A DNA stretch of 64,000 nt from Akkermansia muciniphila (lineage in GTDB: Bacteria > Verrucomicrobiota > Verrucomicrobiia > Limisphaerales > SIAT01). Each line of letters begins with the position of its first letter. The stretch's first letter is position 1. The notes beneath the pieces are model-generated. The model saw only the letters and a program-made list of their open reading frames with translations. It ran no database searches and had not been told where the DNA came from. A program made the translations under genes and the position numbers. Positions 19,436 to 28,778 of the stretch are shown one piece after another. The stretch spans positions 7,511 to 71,510 of the forward strand of contig CAMDJP010000009.1 of NCBI GenBank assembly GCA_945900775.1, in the 5' to 3' direction.

Positions 19436-20173
19436 ATGGACGACTACCCGCTACTGCAATCGCTGTTGACTGGCGTGGCCGCCGGGTTGCTCGTCTCCAT
19501 CCCGGTCGGGCCGATTAACCTCACGATCATTAATGAAGGGGCGAAGCACGGGTTTCTGCGGGCGCTGTTAATCGGGTTTGGTGCGGTGGTGATGGAGACG
19601 ATCTACTGCTGGCTCGGCTTCGCCGGTTTCTCCGGCTTCCTCGACCAACCGCTCCGGCGCGCGGCGTTGGAGCTGGTGAGCTTCCTGCTGATGCTCTGGC
19701 TCGGCTGCAAATACCTCTTCATGCGCACGGTCGCACCGGTGTCGCGTGCGGAACAGATCGGCGAGAAAATCGAGCAGCGGTTGGAGAAGGAGATCGAGCA
19801 GCGGTTTCACTTTCACACGGCGTTCTTCACCGGTTTCCTGCGCGTGCTGGCGAACCCGGGGGTGATTCTGCTCTGGATCACGCTCGCGGGTAACTTCATC
19901 AGCCGCGCGTGGGTCAATCCGAGCTGGACGAGCAAGTCCTTCTGCATCGCCGGCGTGGCGATCGGCTGCGCGGGGTGGTTCACGGCGCTGAGCTACGGGG
20001 CAGCGCTCGGCTATCAGCGCGTCTCCGAAGGCACACTTGTGCGGCTCGCGCGCTTCTCCGGGGCGCTGCTGCTCGGGTTCGCCCTCTACATCGGCTATAA
20101 GCTGGTGCTGGTGTTGGCGAAGAACCCCGAGATGCTTGAGACGATTCGCCGGCTGAACCTGCCTCGGCAGTAG
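19436..20173 (+). CDS. LysE family translocator
   Basis: SIPVGPIN, GF.RAL, TGFL..LANP; about six TM segments. Confidence 0.82.
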   Translation: MDDYPLLQSLLTGVAAGLLVSIPVGPINLTIINEGAKHGFLRALLIGFGAVVMETIYCWLGFAGFSGFLDQPLRRAALELVSFLLMLWLGCKYLFMRTVAPVSRAEQIGEKIEQRLEKEIEQRFHFHTAFFTGFLRVLANPGVILLWITLAGNFISRAWVNPSWTSKSFCIAGVAIGCAGWFTALSYGAALGYQRVSEGTLVRLARFSGALLLGFALYIGYKLVLVLAKNPEMLETIRRLNLPRQ

Positions 20174-20219
20174 TTGAGGAAGTCGAAGCCGGCTCGCTTC
20201 GTCGAACACAGGTCGCGTC

Positions 20220-21020
20220 TTACGCCGCCGCGTATTTTCGAAGGTACTTCATCGCTACGCTAAAATCATTCGGCCACGGCGCGGCGATGTCCACCGGTTG
20301 GTTGGTGACAGGGTGGGTGAAGTGAAGTTCCGAAGTGTGCAGCGCCACGCGACCGAGTAACGGATTCTCCACGCGGCCGAACTTGAGATGATAGTCGCGT
20401 TTGAGTGCAGAGAGCAGTAGTGGCCGGCCGCCGTAGAGCGTGTCGCCCACGATGGGCAGGCCGGAGTTCTGGAGGTGGACGCGGACTTGGTGCATCCGGT
20501 CGGTCTCTGGGGAGCACTTCAGGAGTGTGTAGCCGCGGAAGCGCTCGACCACCTCGAAATGGGTGACGGCTTTCTTGCCTTCCTTCGGATCTACTCGGAC
20601 GAAGCCAAGTTCGCCCGGTTGGGATGAGAGCTTGGCGGCTACCTTGAGCTGGCTTTCTCGCGGCGAGCCGTGGATGAGCGCGAGTTGCACCTGACTTCGA
20701 TTCTCGATGCCGAACTGGTCTGCGAGCGCCACGAAAGCGGTCTTGTCCTTCGCGAGCAAGATGACGCCGCTGGTCTCGAAGTCGGCCCGGTGAGTGTTGC
20801 CGAGATATGCGACGTTCTTCTCCGCGGACCATTTCGCGCCTCGGGCGATGTCCGCGTGCAGCAGCTTCATCAGACTCGGCCGCTCCGGGTCATCGGGGTC
20901 GGGCGTGGTGAGTAGTCGCGCGGGCTTGTCGAGCGCCAGCAGGTGGGCGTCCTCATGGATGATTGGAATCTCCCAGAACTCCCGCGTGGCGGGGGACGAA
21001 AGCTTGATGACGCCGGCCAC
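20220..21020 (-). CDS. RluA-family pseudouridine synthase (divergent motifs)
   Basis: IIHED..LLALDKP, HRADFETSG, HQVRVHL...G.PIVGD.LYG, ALH..L.F.HP. Confidence 0.85.
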   Translation of the reverse strand: MAGVIKLSSPATREFWEIPIIHEDAHLLALDKPARLLTTPDPDDPERPSLMKLLHADIARGAKWSAEKNVAYLGNTHRADFETSGVILLAKDKTAFVALADQFGIENRSQVQLALIHGSPRESQLKVAAKLSSQPGELGFVRVDPKEGKKAVTHFEVVERFRGYTLLKCSPETDRMHQVRVHLQNSGLPIVGDTLYGGRPLLLSALKRDYHLKFGRVENPLLGRVALHTSELHFTHPVTNQPVDIAAPWPNDFSVAMKYLRKYAAA

Positions 21021-21036
21021 TGTGTGCGCCTGTCCG

Positions 21037-22749
21037 TTACTGCGCCCGCGCCTTGCCCGCTCCCTTGGCGGCACTTAACTCGGCGCGGAGCTGCTTCACG
21101 AGATCTTCTTCCTGCTTGCGGAACCAATCCTGCGCGGCGGCGCGTTCGGCGAAGCGGCGGTAGGTCTCTACGAACTTCGGCAACTCCTCCTTCAGCTTCT
21201 CGGCGGCAACGGGCGAGCGCGACTTGAGGTGCAGGATGAATCCGCCGTTCTGGCCCTCGATGAAGGCGCTGGTCTTGCCAGCGGTGAGGCTTGCGGCGGC
21301 GGTGAGCAGTTCGGAGAGGTCGGCGCGGCCGACGAGCGCGGGCAGCGTGTCGGTGTCGGATGAGAAGGCGGGCAGCGCCTCAGGCTTCACCTTCGCGGCG
21401 GCGCAGGCGGTGGCGAAGTCTTTGCCCTGAGCGAAGGCGTTCGTCAGCGCGGTGTGGACGCCACGGCCGCTGGTGCGGGCGAGCTCGCGTGATTGTGTCT
21501 CGACGAAATGCTTCTTCACGTCGTCGAGCGACTTGCCGGCGATTTTCTCGAACGGCGGTAGGCGGCTTGGCTCGGTCCCGAGCAGGGCGAAGAAGTGGAT
21601 GCCGTCGGATCCCATCAGCGGCTCGGTGATCGGCTCATCCGCGGTGAGGCGGAAGGGCCGCGCCGCGCTGGCGCCGGCGAGTTGGAAACGCGCGGTCACC
21701 TCATACTCAGCGAGCGTGACCACCTCAATCGTCGGTGCGTTGGTGTCGCCGGTCGCCGTCTTCCAGAGGTTGGTAGCCTTGAGCGGCTCTTGTGAATCAA
21801 AGAGCTTTTCGCCGAAAGCATTCGCCCGCGCGCGTGCCAGCTCGAAGGCCTGCGCCTTGCGGAAATCCTCGCGAATAAGCTGCTTGATCGCGTTCGTCGT
21901 CATGGCCGTGCCGTTGGCGTCCTTGAATTGGCTCGGGTTCACTCGCTTGAAGATTTCATCCACCTGCGAGGTGAGGTTGGTGAGTCGCGCATCGGCCGTG
22001 GTCAGGAAATTCGAGTTGGCGAAGGCGATGTGCCCGAGGATCCGCTTCTCCGGCTCGCGGTAGAGCGCGCCTTGGTTCGTGTAGAACTGCGGCAAGGTGG
22101 CGAAGTTGGTCACGGCGGTCGTGAAGTTGGTGGATGGGAAGAACAGCGCCTCGGTCGCGATTTGCTCGTGCTGGCGGCGGAAGACCGGCTCAGCCAGGCG
22201 GGACGGCGACAGTCGCCCAGCGAGGCCGCTTAGCTCAGCGAGGTGCATCGTCGCCAGATCATGCTGCACGTAGCGGTGGAAATCATCCTCGCCGAGCCGG
22301 TAGCGACCGAGGTTCTGGATGAAGCCTTTGTACGCCTCTGGCTCGTACTCACCGGTGCGGCTGGCAAACTGCTGCATTGCCTTGATTCGGCGCACCACGG
22401 TCTCGTCGTTCACCTCAATCTTCTGCGCGGCGATTTGGTCGAGCAGACGCAGCCGGCTGCGCGTCTCGAAATCAACGCGCGAAAGGTCGTTCGTGCCGTC
22501 GCCGTCGAGGTCCACGCCCGGCAAATCCTCCAGTCGGCGGGTGAACTGATTCAGTAACAGGCCGATGATTGCCTCGCGCTGCGCTCCATTGTAGCGCTCA
22601 CCGGGAATGTTCTCCTCGTACCACTCGTCGCCACCCGCGCTGCCGACACCGCCTACGTCCGGTCCGAAGAAGACGACGAAGCTGATGATGATGACGGTGA
22701 TGATGACGGCCCAGAGCCAGTTCTGATGCTTGCGGATTGTGCCAAACAT
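21037..22749 (-). CDS. SurA N-terminal domain / PpiD-like membrane-anchored periplasmic chaperone
   Basis: MFGTIRKHQNWLWAVIITVIIISFVVFF N-terminal anchor typical of PpiD, followed by a helical body. Confidence 0.75.
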   Translation of the reverse strand: MFGTIRKHQNWLWAVIITVIIISFVVFFGPDVGGVGSAGGDEWYEENIPGERYNGAQREAIIGLLLNQFTRRLEDLPGVDLDGDGTNDLSRVDFETRSRLRLLDQIAAQKIEVNDETVVRRIKAMQQFASRTGEYEPEAYKGFIQNLGRYRLGEDDFHRYVQHDLATMHLAELSGLAGRLSPSRLAEPVFRRQHEQIATEALFFPSTNFTTAVTNFATLPQFYTNQGALYREPEKRILGHIAFANSNFLTTADARLTNLTSQVDEIFKRVNPSQFKDANGTAMTTNAIKQLIREDFRKAQAFELARARANAFGEKLFDSQEPLKATNLWKTATGDTNAPTIEVVTLAEYEVTARFQLAGASAARPFRLTADEPITEPLMGSDGIHFFALLGTEPSRLPPFEKIAGKSLDDVKKHFVETQSRELARTSGRGVHTALTNAFAQGKDFATACAAAKVKPEALPAFSSDTDTLPALVGRADLSELLTAAASLTAGKTSAFIEGQNGGFILHLKSRSPVAAEKLKEELPKFVETYRRFAERAAAQDWFRKQEEDLVKQLRAELSAAKGAGKARAQ

Positions 22750-22848
22750 AAATTCGGGAGGCGAACCCTACTCGCCGGCCGCAAGCGGGGTCAAATGTAA
22801 AAACGGCTTTACAGTCGGCGAGGCTGGTGAGAACGTGTTTTCAGATTT

Positions 22849-23253
22849 ATGAAGTGGAATTTGCTTTGGATTTTATGGTTGCCGGTCTGGTTGGGCGGCT
22901 GTGTTGTGACAGGCTCTTCCATTACCAATCTCACACCCAGCCAGCTGAGCCGTAGCAACGCTGGGTTCTACCCCATCGAGGTGATGTGGGAGACAAACCA
23001 GCGCGGAGTGGTCGAGGAGAGTGTCCAGCCGGTCGTGCAAGTCGGTACAAACAATTTCCCGATGCAGCGCACGAAGCTGACGAAGAACCGCTGGGAAGCC
23101 CTGCTGCCGCTCGAGCTCGGTGCCAGCAACGTGCTCTACCGTGTCCGGGTGGACTATCAGTTCCTTGACGTGCCGGTGCGCCGCGCGAACAGTCAGATGT
23201 CGCCGATGTACGAGTTGCGCGTGCTGGATGCCCCGAATATCCCCGCGCCCTAA
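22849..23253 (+). CDS. Hypothetical lipoprotein
   Basis: LGGC lipobox followed by a beta-rich domain. Confidence 0.7.
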   Translation: MKWNLLWILWLPVWLGGCVVTGSSITNLTPSQLSRSNAGFYPIEVMWETNQRGVVEESVQPVVQVGTNNFPMQRTKLTKNRWEALLPLELGASNVLYRVRVDYQFLDVPVRRANSQMSPMYELRVLDAPNIPAP

Positions 23254-23271
23254 TCCGTCGAAACGTACGCA

Positions 23272-23643
23272 ATGACCCGCATCGCAAAATGGCTGGTTGT
23301 CGCCGCTCTGGCCCTTACGCTGGGCCTGCACTGGGCGGTCCTTCAGTCGGCCGCGTGGGCGGGTATGGCGGTCACGTTCGCGCAGCAGGATTCCATCGGT
23401 GTCGCTCTCGGCAAGACCTTCAACGGCCAGAATCCCTGCCAGCTTTGCAAGTTCGTCGAGGACGGCAAGAAGTCCACGCCGAATGATGAGTTCAGTAAAG
23501 TGAGCCTTAAGCTCGACGGCATCTGCGCCCCAGCCGCGTGGGAGCTGACCTCGCCCCAGATTTCCGCCGCCGCGTTTCCCGCGCCAGCCTTCCTCACGTC
23601 GCGCTCTCTCGCGCCGCCCGTGCCGCCGCCTCTCGCCGTCTGA
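23272..23643 (+). CDS. DUF2946/CruR/CutF-like small membrane protein with CxxC and C-terminal polyproline motif
   Basis: N-terminal hydrophobic segment with LHW, PCQLC, C-terminal RSLAPPVPPP; lies upstream of a TonB-dependent receptor. Confidence 0.7.
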   Translation: MTRIAKWLVVAALALTLGLHWAVLQSAAWAGMAVTFAQQDSIGVALGKTFNGQNPCQLCKFVEDGKKSTPNDEFSKVSLKLDGICAPAAWELTSPQISAAAFPAPAFLTSRSLAPPVPPPLAV

Positions 23644-23838
23644 TTCTTCCCGCAGCCACTTCCAGTGGCGCTGACTTTTGGGGCCACGCGCCCTCCAAGT
23701 CTAGATAGCCTTCGCACATGTCTAGAATTCGTGTGCCGGCCATCGGCGGGAAGGTGATCAAGCCTGCCCACCCCGCGGCCCTCACGCCTTCCCGCTCTCA
23801 GTAAACCGATTTGACAACCGAGCAACCGAAATTTTGAA

Positions 23839-25932
23839 GTGAAGTCTGTTACAATCAGAGCAACCGGATTTTGCCCCGGCGCGCGAATCATTCTCGCCGC
23901 GTGCGTCTTGCTCGGCACCGCCAGCTTTCTTTTCGCACAGAAAAGCCCGGCGACCAACGCCGTCACACTCCCCGAGGTGGTGGTGAAGGGCGAGGCTGAG
24001 TCGCTGACCGTCCCCTCGCCGGCGACCGCGCGCGAGCGGGCACGCCAGACGCCCGGCGGTGTGAGCGTGATCGAGGCGAAGGAGTTCGAGCGTGGCCGCG
24101 TATCGAACCTCAAGGACATGCTCGACTACGCGCCGGGCGTGTTCATCCAACCACGCTGGGGCGCGGAGGATTCGCGCCTTTCCATCCGCGGCTCGGGGAT
24201 TCAGCGCACGTTCCACGGCAAGGGGCTCAAACTGATGCAGGACGGCATTCCCGTGAACCTCGCCGAGGGCAGCTTTGATTTCCAATCCATCGAGCCGCTG
24301 GCAACGAGCTACACCGAGGTCTTCCGCGGTGCGAATGCGCTTCGCTACGGCGGCACGACGCTCGGCGGCGCGATCAACATGGTCTCGCGCACCGGCCACG
24401 ACGCTGGGCCATTCCAGGCGCGAGCCGAATACGGCAGCTTCGGCCACGCGCGGGCGCAAGCCTCCAGTGGCGGCGTGCTGGGCGAGTACGATTACTACGC
24501 TTCGCTTTCGCATTACTCCGCCGACGGCTACCGCGACCACAGCCAAGTCGCCGCGCACCGCGCCTACGTGAACCTCGGCTGGCGCTTCCGCGACGACGCC
24601 GAGACGCGCCTCTATTTCACTCAGGCCATCTCCGACTCCGAGTTACCCGGCGCGCTGACACTCTCGCAGTTTCTCAGCAATCCGAAGCAGGCGGTGAGCG
24701 TGGACAAGAATCAGCGACGCGACGTGGTCCTGAGCCGCCTCGCCAGCCGAACGGTGATTGGCAACGATGCCAGCCGCTGGGAACTTTCGGCGTGGTGGTC
24801 GCATAAGAATCTCGACCATCCACTCTCGCACACTTACATCGACCAACGCTCCGATGACCTCGGCGCCGAGTTGCGCTGGCGTAGCGAGGGCGAGATTCTC
24901 GGTCATCGCAATGCCTTCACGCTCGGCTTCAGCCCGACATACGGCAGCAACGACGCGACCGAGTTCGCGAACAACGGTGGCGCTAAGGGCGCGCAATCGC
25001 GCGACGTGGTGCAGTCGGCGTGGAACTTGGACCTCTACGCCGAAGACCAGTTCTACCTCACGCCGCAATTGGCGTTGGTCGCCGGCGCGCAAGCCAGTCG
25101 CGCGGTGCGGAAGCTCGAAGATCGCCAACCCGGCACGCAGTCGAACGAGCAGCGATTCTTCGAGTTCATTCCGAAGCTCGGTCTGCGCTACGATTACACC
25201 GACAAGGTGCAATTCTACGGCAACGTGAGCCGCAGCTTCGAGCCGCCGACCTTCGGCGAGCTTTATCAGGGCGGCACCGCCCGTTACCTCGATGCGCAGA
25301 CGGGCACGACAGTCGAGCTCGGCACACGTGGCGAGAGCGGTCGGTTCACGTGGGATTTCTCGTGGTACCACAGCCGGTTGCGCAACGAGCTGCTTACCGT
25401 AGATCCGACGCTCGGCACCACCAGCACGATCAACGCTGGCGAGACGACGCATCAAGGCGTGGAACTGTCCGGCAGCGTGCGTCTCGTTGACGGCGTCTTC
25501 GCGGCGGATGCGAATCCGCGCAACGGCGATCAAGTCGCGCTGCGCTTGAATTATCTCTGGAGCCATTTCCGCTTCGGCGATGACCCGAACTACGCCGACA
25601 AGCCGCTGCCCGGCTTGCCCGAGCATTACCTTCGTGCCGAGCTGCTGTACGAGCACGTCTACGGGTTCTACGCTGGGCCGAACATCGAAGCCGTGCCGCA
25701 GGCGTATTCAGCCGACTTCGCCGATACGCTCCACGCGCGTAGCTACACGCTGCTCGGTTTCAAGACTGGCTACCGCGGCAAGCGTTGGTCCGGCTTCGTC
25801 GAATTGCGCAACCTGACGAACGAGAAATACGTCGCCACCACTACGCTCACTCGTACTGGTACCGCTGCCAGCGCGGTGTTTTATCCGGGTGACAGTCGCG
25901 CTGTGTACGGCGGCCTTGAGGCGCGTTGGTAA
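23839..25932 (+). CDS. TonB-dependent outer-membrane receptor
   Basis: Signal peptide, TonB box LPEVVVKG, plug motifs (PGV, RLSIRGSG, DGIP, EVFRGANALRYG...GGAINMVS), NLTNEKY, terminal Trp. Confidence 0.93.
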   Translation: MKSVTIRATGFCPGARIILAACVLLGTASFLFAQKSPATNAVTLPEVVVKGEAESLTVPSPATARERARQTPGGVSVIEAKEFERGRVSNLKDMLDYAPGVFIQPRWGAEDSRLSIRGSGIQRTFHGKGLKLMQDGIPVNLAEGSFDFQSIEPLATSYTEVFRGANALRYGGTTLGGAINMVSRTGHDAGPFQARAEYGSFGHARAQASSGGVLGEYDYYASLSHYSADGYRDHSQVAAHRAYVNLGWRFRDDAETRLYFTQAISDSELPGALTLSQFLSNPKQAVSVDKNQRRDVVLSRLASRTVIGNDASRWELSAWWSHKNLDHPLSHTYIDQRSDDLGAELRWRSEGEILGHRNAFTLGFSPTYGSNDATEFANNGGAKGAQSRDVVQSAWNLDLYAEDQFYLTPQLALVAGAQASRAVRKLEDRQPGTQSNEQRFFEFIPKLGLRYDYTDKVQFYGNVSRSFEPPTFGELYQGGTARYLDAQTGTTVELGTRGESGRFTWDFSWYHSRLRNELLTVDPTLGTTSTINAGETTHQGVELSGSVRLVDGVFAADANPRNGDQVALRLNYLWSHFRFGDDPNYADKPLPGLPEHYLRAELLYEHVYGFYAGPNIEAVPQAYSADFADTLHARSYTLLGFKTGYRGKRWSGFVELRNLTNEKYVATTTLTRTGTAASAVFYPGDSRAVYGGLEARW

Positions 25933-25946
25933 GAACTTTTGAACGC

Positions 25947-26699
25947 ATGATTAACCCCGCCACACTCCGCAAATTGCACCGCTGGATTGGCCTCGCCTTC
26001 AGTGTGTCGGCGCTTATCGCTTCGTTCAGTGGCATTCTGCACAACGTGATGACGTGGACGCAGTCCGCGCCGCCGCCCGCCGCACCATCCGGTCCCGCGC
26101 TCGATTTCGCTGCGGTGAAGCTCACGCCGTCGGAGGCGCTTTCGAAGTTGCCGCCTTCCACAAACGGATCGCGTGCGGTGAATCTCCGCACCATCGGCGG
26201 TCGCCCGTGGTTCGTGATTCGCCCGGCCGGCCACGGTTCGGCGCAATATGTGAGTGCCGATACGGGCGAGACGGACCCGAAACGCGACGCCGTGTTCGCG
26301 GCCGAGATTGCGGCGCGCTTCCTGCACGCTGAACCCGCCGACGTGCGCCAGTCTGACTTCCTCACGCAGTTCAATCGCGAGTACATCAATATCTTCCGCA
26401 TCTTGCCGGTGTATCGCTTCGACCGCAGCGACAGCATTAAGACGCGCGTCTATGTCTCCACGATGACCGAGAGCGTGACGCGTCACACCGACAACTACCG
26501 CCAGTTCGAGGCGAACATCTTCGGTTCGCTGCACAAGCTGAACTTCATCCCGAACAAGACCGCGCGCGATGCGGTGCTCACGCTGACCACGTTTGGCATC
26601 TTCTGCGTCTCGCTCGCCGGCATCGTACTTTTCTTCGTGACTTCGCCGCGTCGTACCGGCGGAAAACTGGAACCATCTAATTCCGAACCTGTCCTATGA
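25947..26699 (+). CDS. PepSY-associated TM protein
   Basis: LRKLHRWIGL N-terminal TM, PepSY-like periplasmic region, SLHK followed by a C-terminal TM. Confidence 0.78.
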   Translation: MINPATLRKLHRWIGLAFSVSALIASFSGILHNVMTWTQSAPPPAAPSGPALDFAAVKLTPSEALSKLPPSTNGSRAVNLRTIGGRPWFVIRPAGHGSAQYVSADTGETDPKRDAVFAAEIAARFLHAEPADVRQSDFLTQFNREYINIFRILPVYRFDRSDSIKTRVYVSTMTESVTRHTDNYRQFEANIFGSLHKLNFIPNKTARDAVLTLTTFGIFCVSLAGIVLFFVTSPRRTGGKLEPSNSEPVL

Positions 26700-27439
26700 A
26701 ACTCGCCTATCGCGCCAGCCTAGTTTTCTCGCTCGCCGTCCACGGTCTCGTCGGCGCAGTCGCGATTACATATTTCACATCGCGTTCCGTCGAGACGCCG
26801 AGGGTCGATGTGCCGATCACTCTCGAAATCGCCGTGCTCGAGCCGGACACCGAGCCGCGGCCGCTCCCCGCCGCGCCGGTGGATTCGTTGCCCGCGCCCT
26901 CGGCGACACTTGCGCAGAAGCAGGAACTTTCGGCTCCGTCCCCGCCGGCCGCTGCGTTGTCGACCGCAAGTAGCTTCGAGACGCTTAGTGCCGTTGCGCC
27001 TGCGCCGAGCGCGCCCGATGAATCACGCGCGGAAACTTTGCCTAGTACCAGCAACCTTGCCGCAGCTCTGCCCGTGTTCGCGCCTGTAGATTTTGGTCCC
27101 CTGCCGATCGGGCCCGCTGGAGATTTGCCGCGTGAAATCGCCGCGCCTTCTTCAAGCACGAGTGTTGCGGGTTCTATTGCCTATCGCTTAAACCCCTCCC
27201 CGACTTACCCCGCTGCGGCGCGGCGGGAGAAGTTGCAGGGGCTCGTACTTTTGCGCGTGGAGGTGAGCGAAGAGGGATTTGCGCTGAAGGTGGAGATCGA
27301 GGAAAGCTCCGGCCACAGGCTGTTGGACACGGCCGCGCTTGATGCGGTGCGGCGCTGGCGCTTCGAGCCGGCGCGAGTCGCAGGTCAGGCCATCAAGGGG
27401 CGCGCGCAGGTGCCGATTCGTTTCAAGCTCGAGAGCTGA
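26696..27439 (+). CDS. tonB: Energy transducer TonB
   Basis: SLAVH TM motif, Pro/Ala-rich linker, YPAAARREKLQGLV...SSGH..LD.AAL.AVRRWRF.PA. Confidence 0.9.
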   Translation: MKLAYRASLVFSLAVHGLVGAVAITYFTSRSVETPRVDVPITLEIAVLEPDTEPRPLPAAPVDSLPAPSATLAQKQELSAPSPPAAALSTASSFETLSAVAPAPSAPDESRAETLPSTSNLAAALPVFAPVDFGPLPIGPAGDLPREIAAPSSSTSVAGSIAYRLNPSPTYPAAARREKLQGLVLLRVEVSEEGFALKVEIEESSGHRLLDTAALDAVRRWRFEPARVAGQAIKGRAQVPIRFKLES

Positions 27440-27444
27440 TTGCC

Positions 27445-28635
27445 TCAGAAGGGTAGCAGCTTCACATCGAAGAGCCGCTCCACGGTCCATGCAATGGCGA
27501 CCACCACCACGCAGGCGGACCCACCCTGAAAAGTGAGCCGCTGATAAAACCACGTGCTGCGCAGGGCGAAGGCCAGCGGCAGGAAGAGGAGCACGATGGC
27601 CAGTTGTCCCAGTTCGACCCCGAGGTTGAAGCCAGCCAGCGTCCGCAGCAGCGAGCCGCGTCCTAGTTCCAGTCCGCCGAGGGCCGAGGCGAAGCCGAAA
27701 CCGTGCACGAGGCCGAAACCGAACGCGACCAGCCAGCCGCGTTTCTCGAAGAACGGCCTCAGGTTGTTAAGGGCAGCGAGGGCGACCGAGAGTGCGATCG
27801 TTGCCTCCACCCAGCGCGAGTCCAACCGCACGATCTCCAGCGCGGCCAGCGCCAGAGTGATCGAGTGGGCGGCGGTGAACGCGGTCACAATCTTCAGCAC
27901 TGCCCAAAACGCCGGCCTGAACTCGCGTACGCCGTACCATTGGCCATCTTCGCGCCGCAGCACGGCTGGCAGCAGCAGGGCGATGAGGAAGAGCACGTGG
28001 TCGAAGCCGATCCAGATGTGCCAAACGCCTTCGCGGCTGAAGTTGATAATCTGCCGCCACCGGCTCGGTTCGCGGATGGCGAACTTCTGTAACGGCGAGA
28101 AGGGGCTGAAGATGGCCGTCTGGATGCGCGGTTCGTCCGAGTTTGAATCGGTCACTGCTAGGCGAAAGAGGCAGCGATGCAGGGGGTCGTGCTTGAAGAA
28201 AAGTTCGTAGCCGACGAAGAGCTGTTCCGGCTGATCAACTCCATCCACGTCGAAACGGATAATGGCATAGGCGCCGTCCTCATGTGCCTCGTAGTCGAGT
28301 GACTTGTGCTTCAATGCAGCGGTAGTAGTGAATGGAGCGGTAGTAGTGCCCCCGCGGACGGTGAGGTTCGAGAGTGCGTAAGGAGCGATGCGATGTTCGC
28401 GAGCTTTCAATTCGGTCCACGTCACCGTGCCGTCACCGTTGTCATCGAAGCCGATGGCCTCCTGCAGATCGCGCAGGGCGATATCCCAACGACCGGTGAT
28501 CTTCCCGTTCTCGACGGTCAGGCCGAGATAACTATCGCTGGTTTTGTGAGCGAGGGAGGTGTCGGGGCATAGCAGCAGGCAGAGTAGCCCGAGAACGAGC
28601 GGGGCGACGGGGCGACGGGGGTCGTTCCAAGCCAT
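27445..28635 (-). CDS. HupE/UreJ family protein (HupE_UreJ_2) with N-terminal periplasmic domain
   Basis: Signal peptide then HKTSDSYL, GVWHIWIGFDHVLFL, VTAFTAAHSITL, FGLVHGFGFA, FNLGVELGQL. Confidence 0.88.
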   Translation of the reverse strand: MAWNDPRRPVAPLVLGLLCLLLCPDTSLAHKTSDSYLGLTVENGKITGRWDIALRDLQEAIGFDDNGDGTVTWTELKAREHRIAPYALSNLTVRGGTTTAPFTTTAALKHKSLDYEAHEDGAYAIIRFDVDGVDQPEQLFVGYELFFKHDPLHRCLFRLAVTDSNSDEPRIQTAIFSPFSPLQKFAIREPSRWRQIINFSREGVWHIWIGFDHVLFLIALLLPAVLRREDGQWYGVREFRPAFWAVLKIVTAFTAAHSITLALAALEIVRLDSRWVEATIALSVALAALNNLRPFFEKRGWLVAFGFGLVHGFGFASALGGLELGRGSLLRTLAGFNLGVELGQLAIVLLFLPLAFALRSTWFYQRLTFQGGSACVVVVAIAWTVERLFDVKLLPF

Positions 28636-28778
28636 AACTGGTCGAGCTTAACACGCGTTGGTCCGCGGTCGAAAACCTTTTTCTCCACGTGTGAATGCCT
28701 TCTGAACAAATAGTGCTGGTCACGCGCCGTTGGCTCCCGCAACATCGCCCCGTTTTTGGTGCTGCCTGCCCGTTCTGA

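Noticed and set aside
28636..28778. Purine or ZMP/ZTP riboswitch upstream of purS
   Set aside because: No consensus motif or terminator recognised; an Rfam scan would be needed to exclude it fully.
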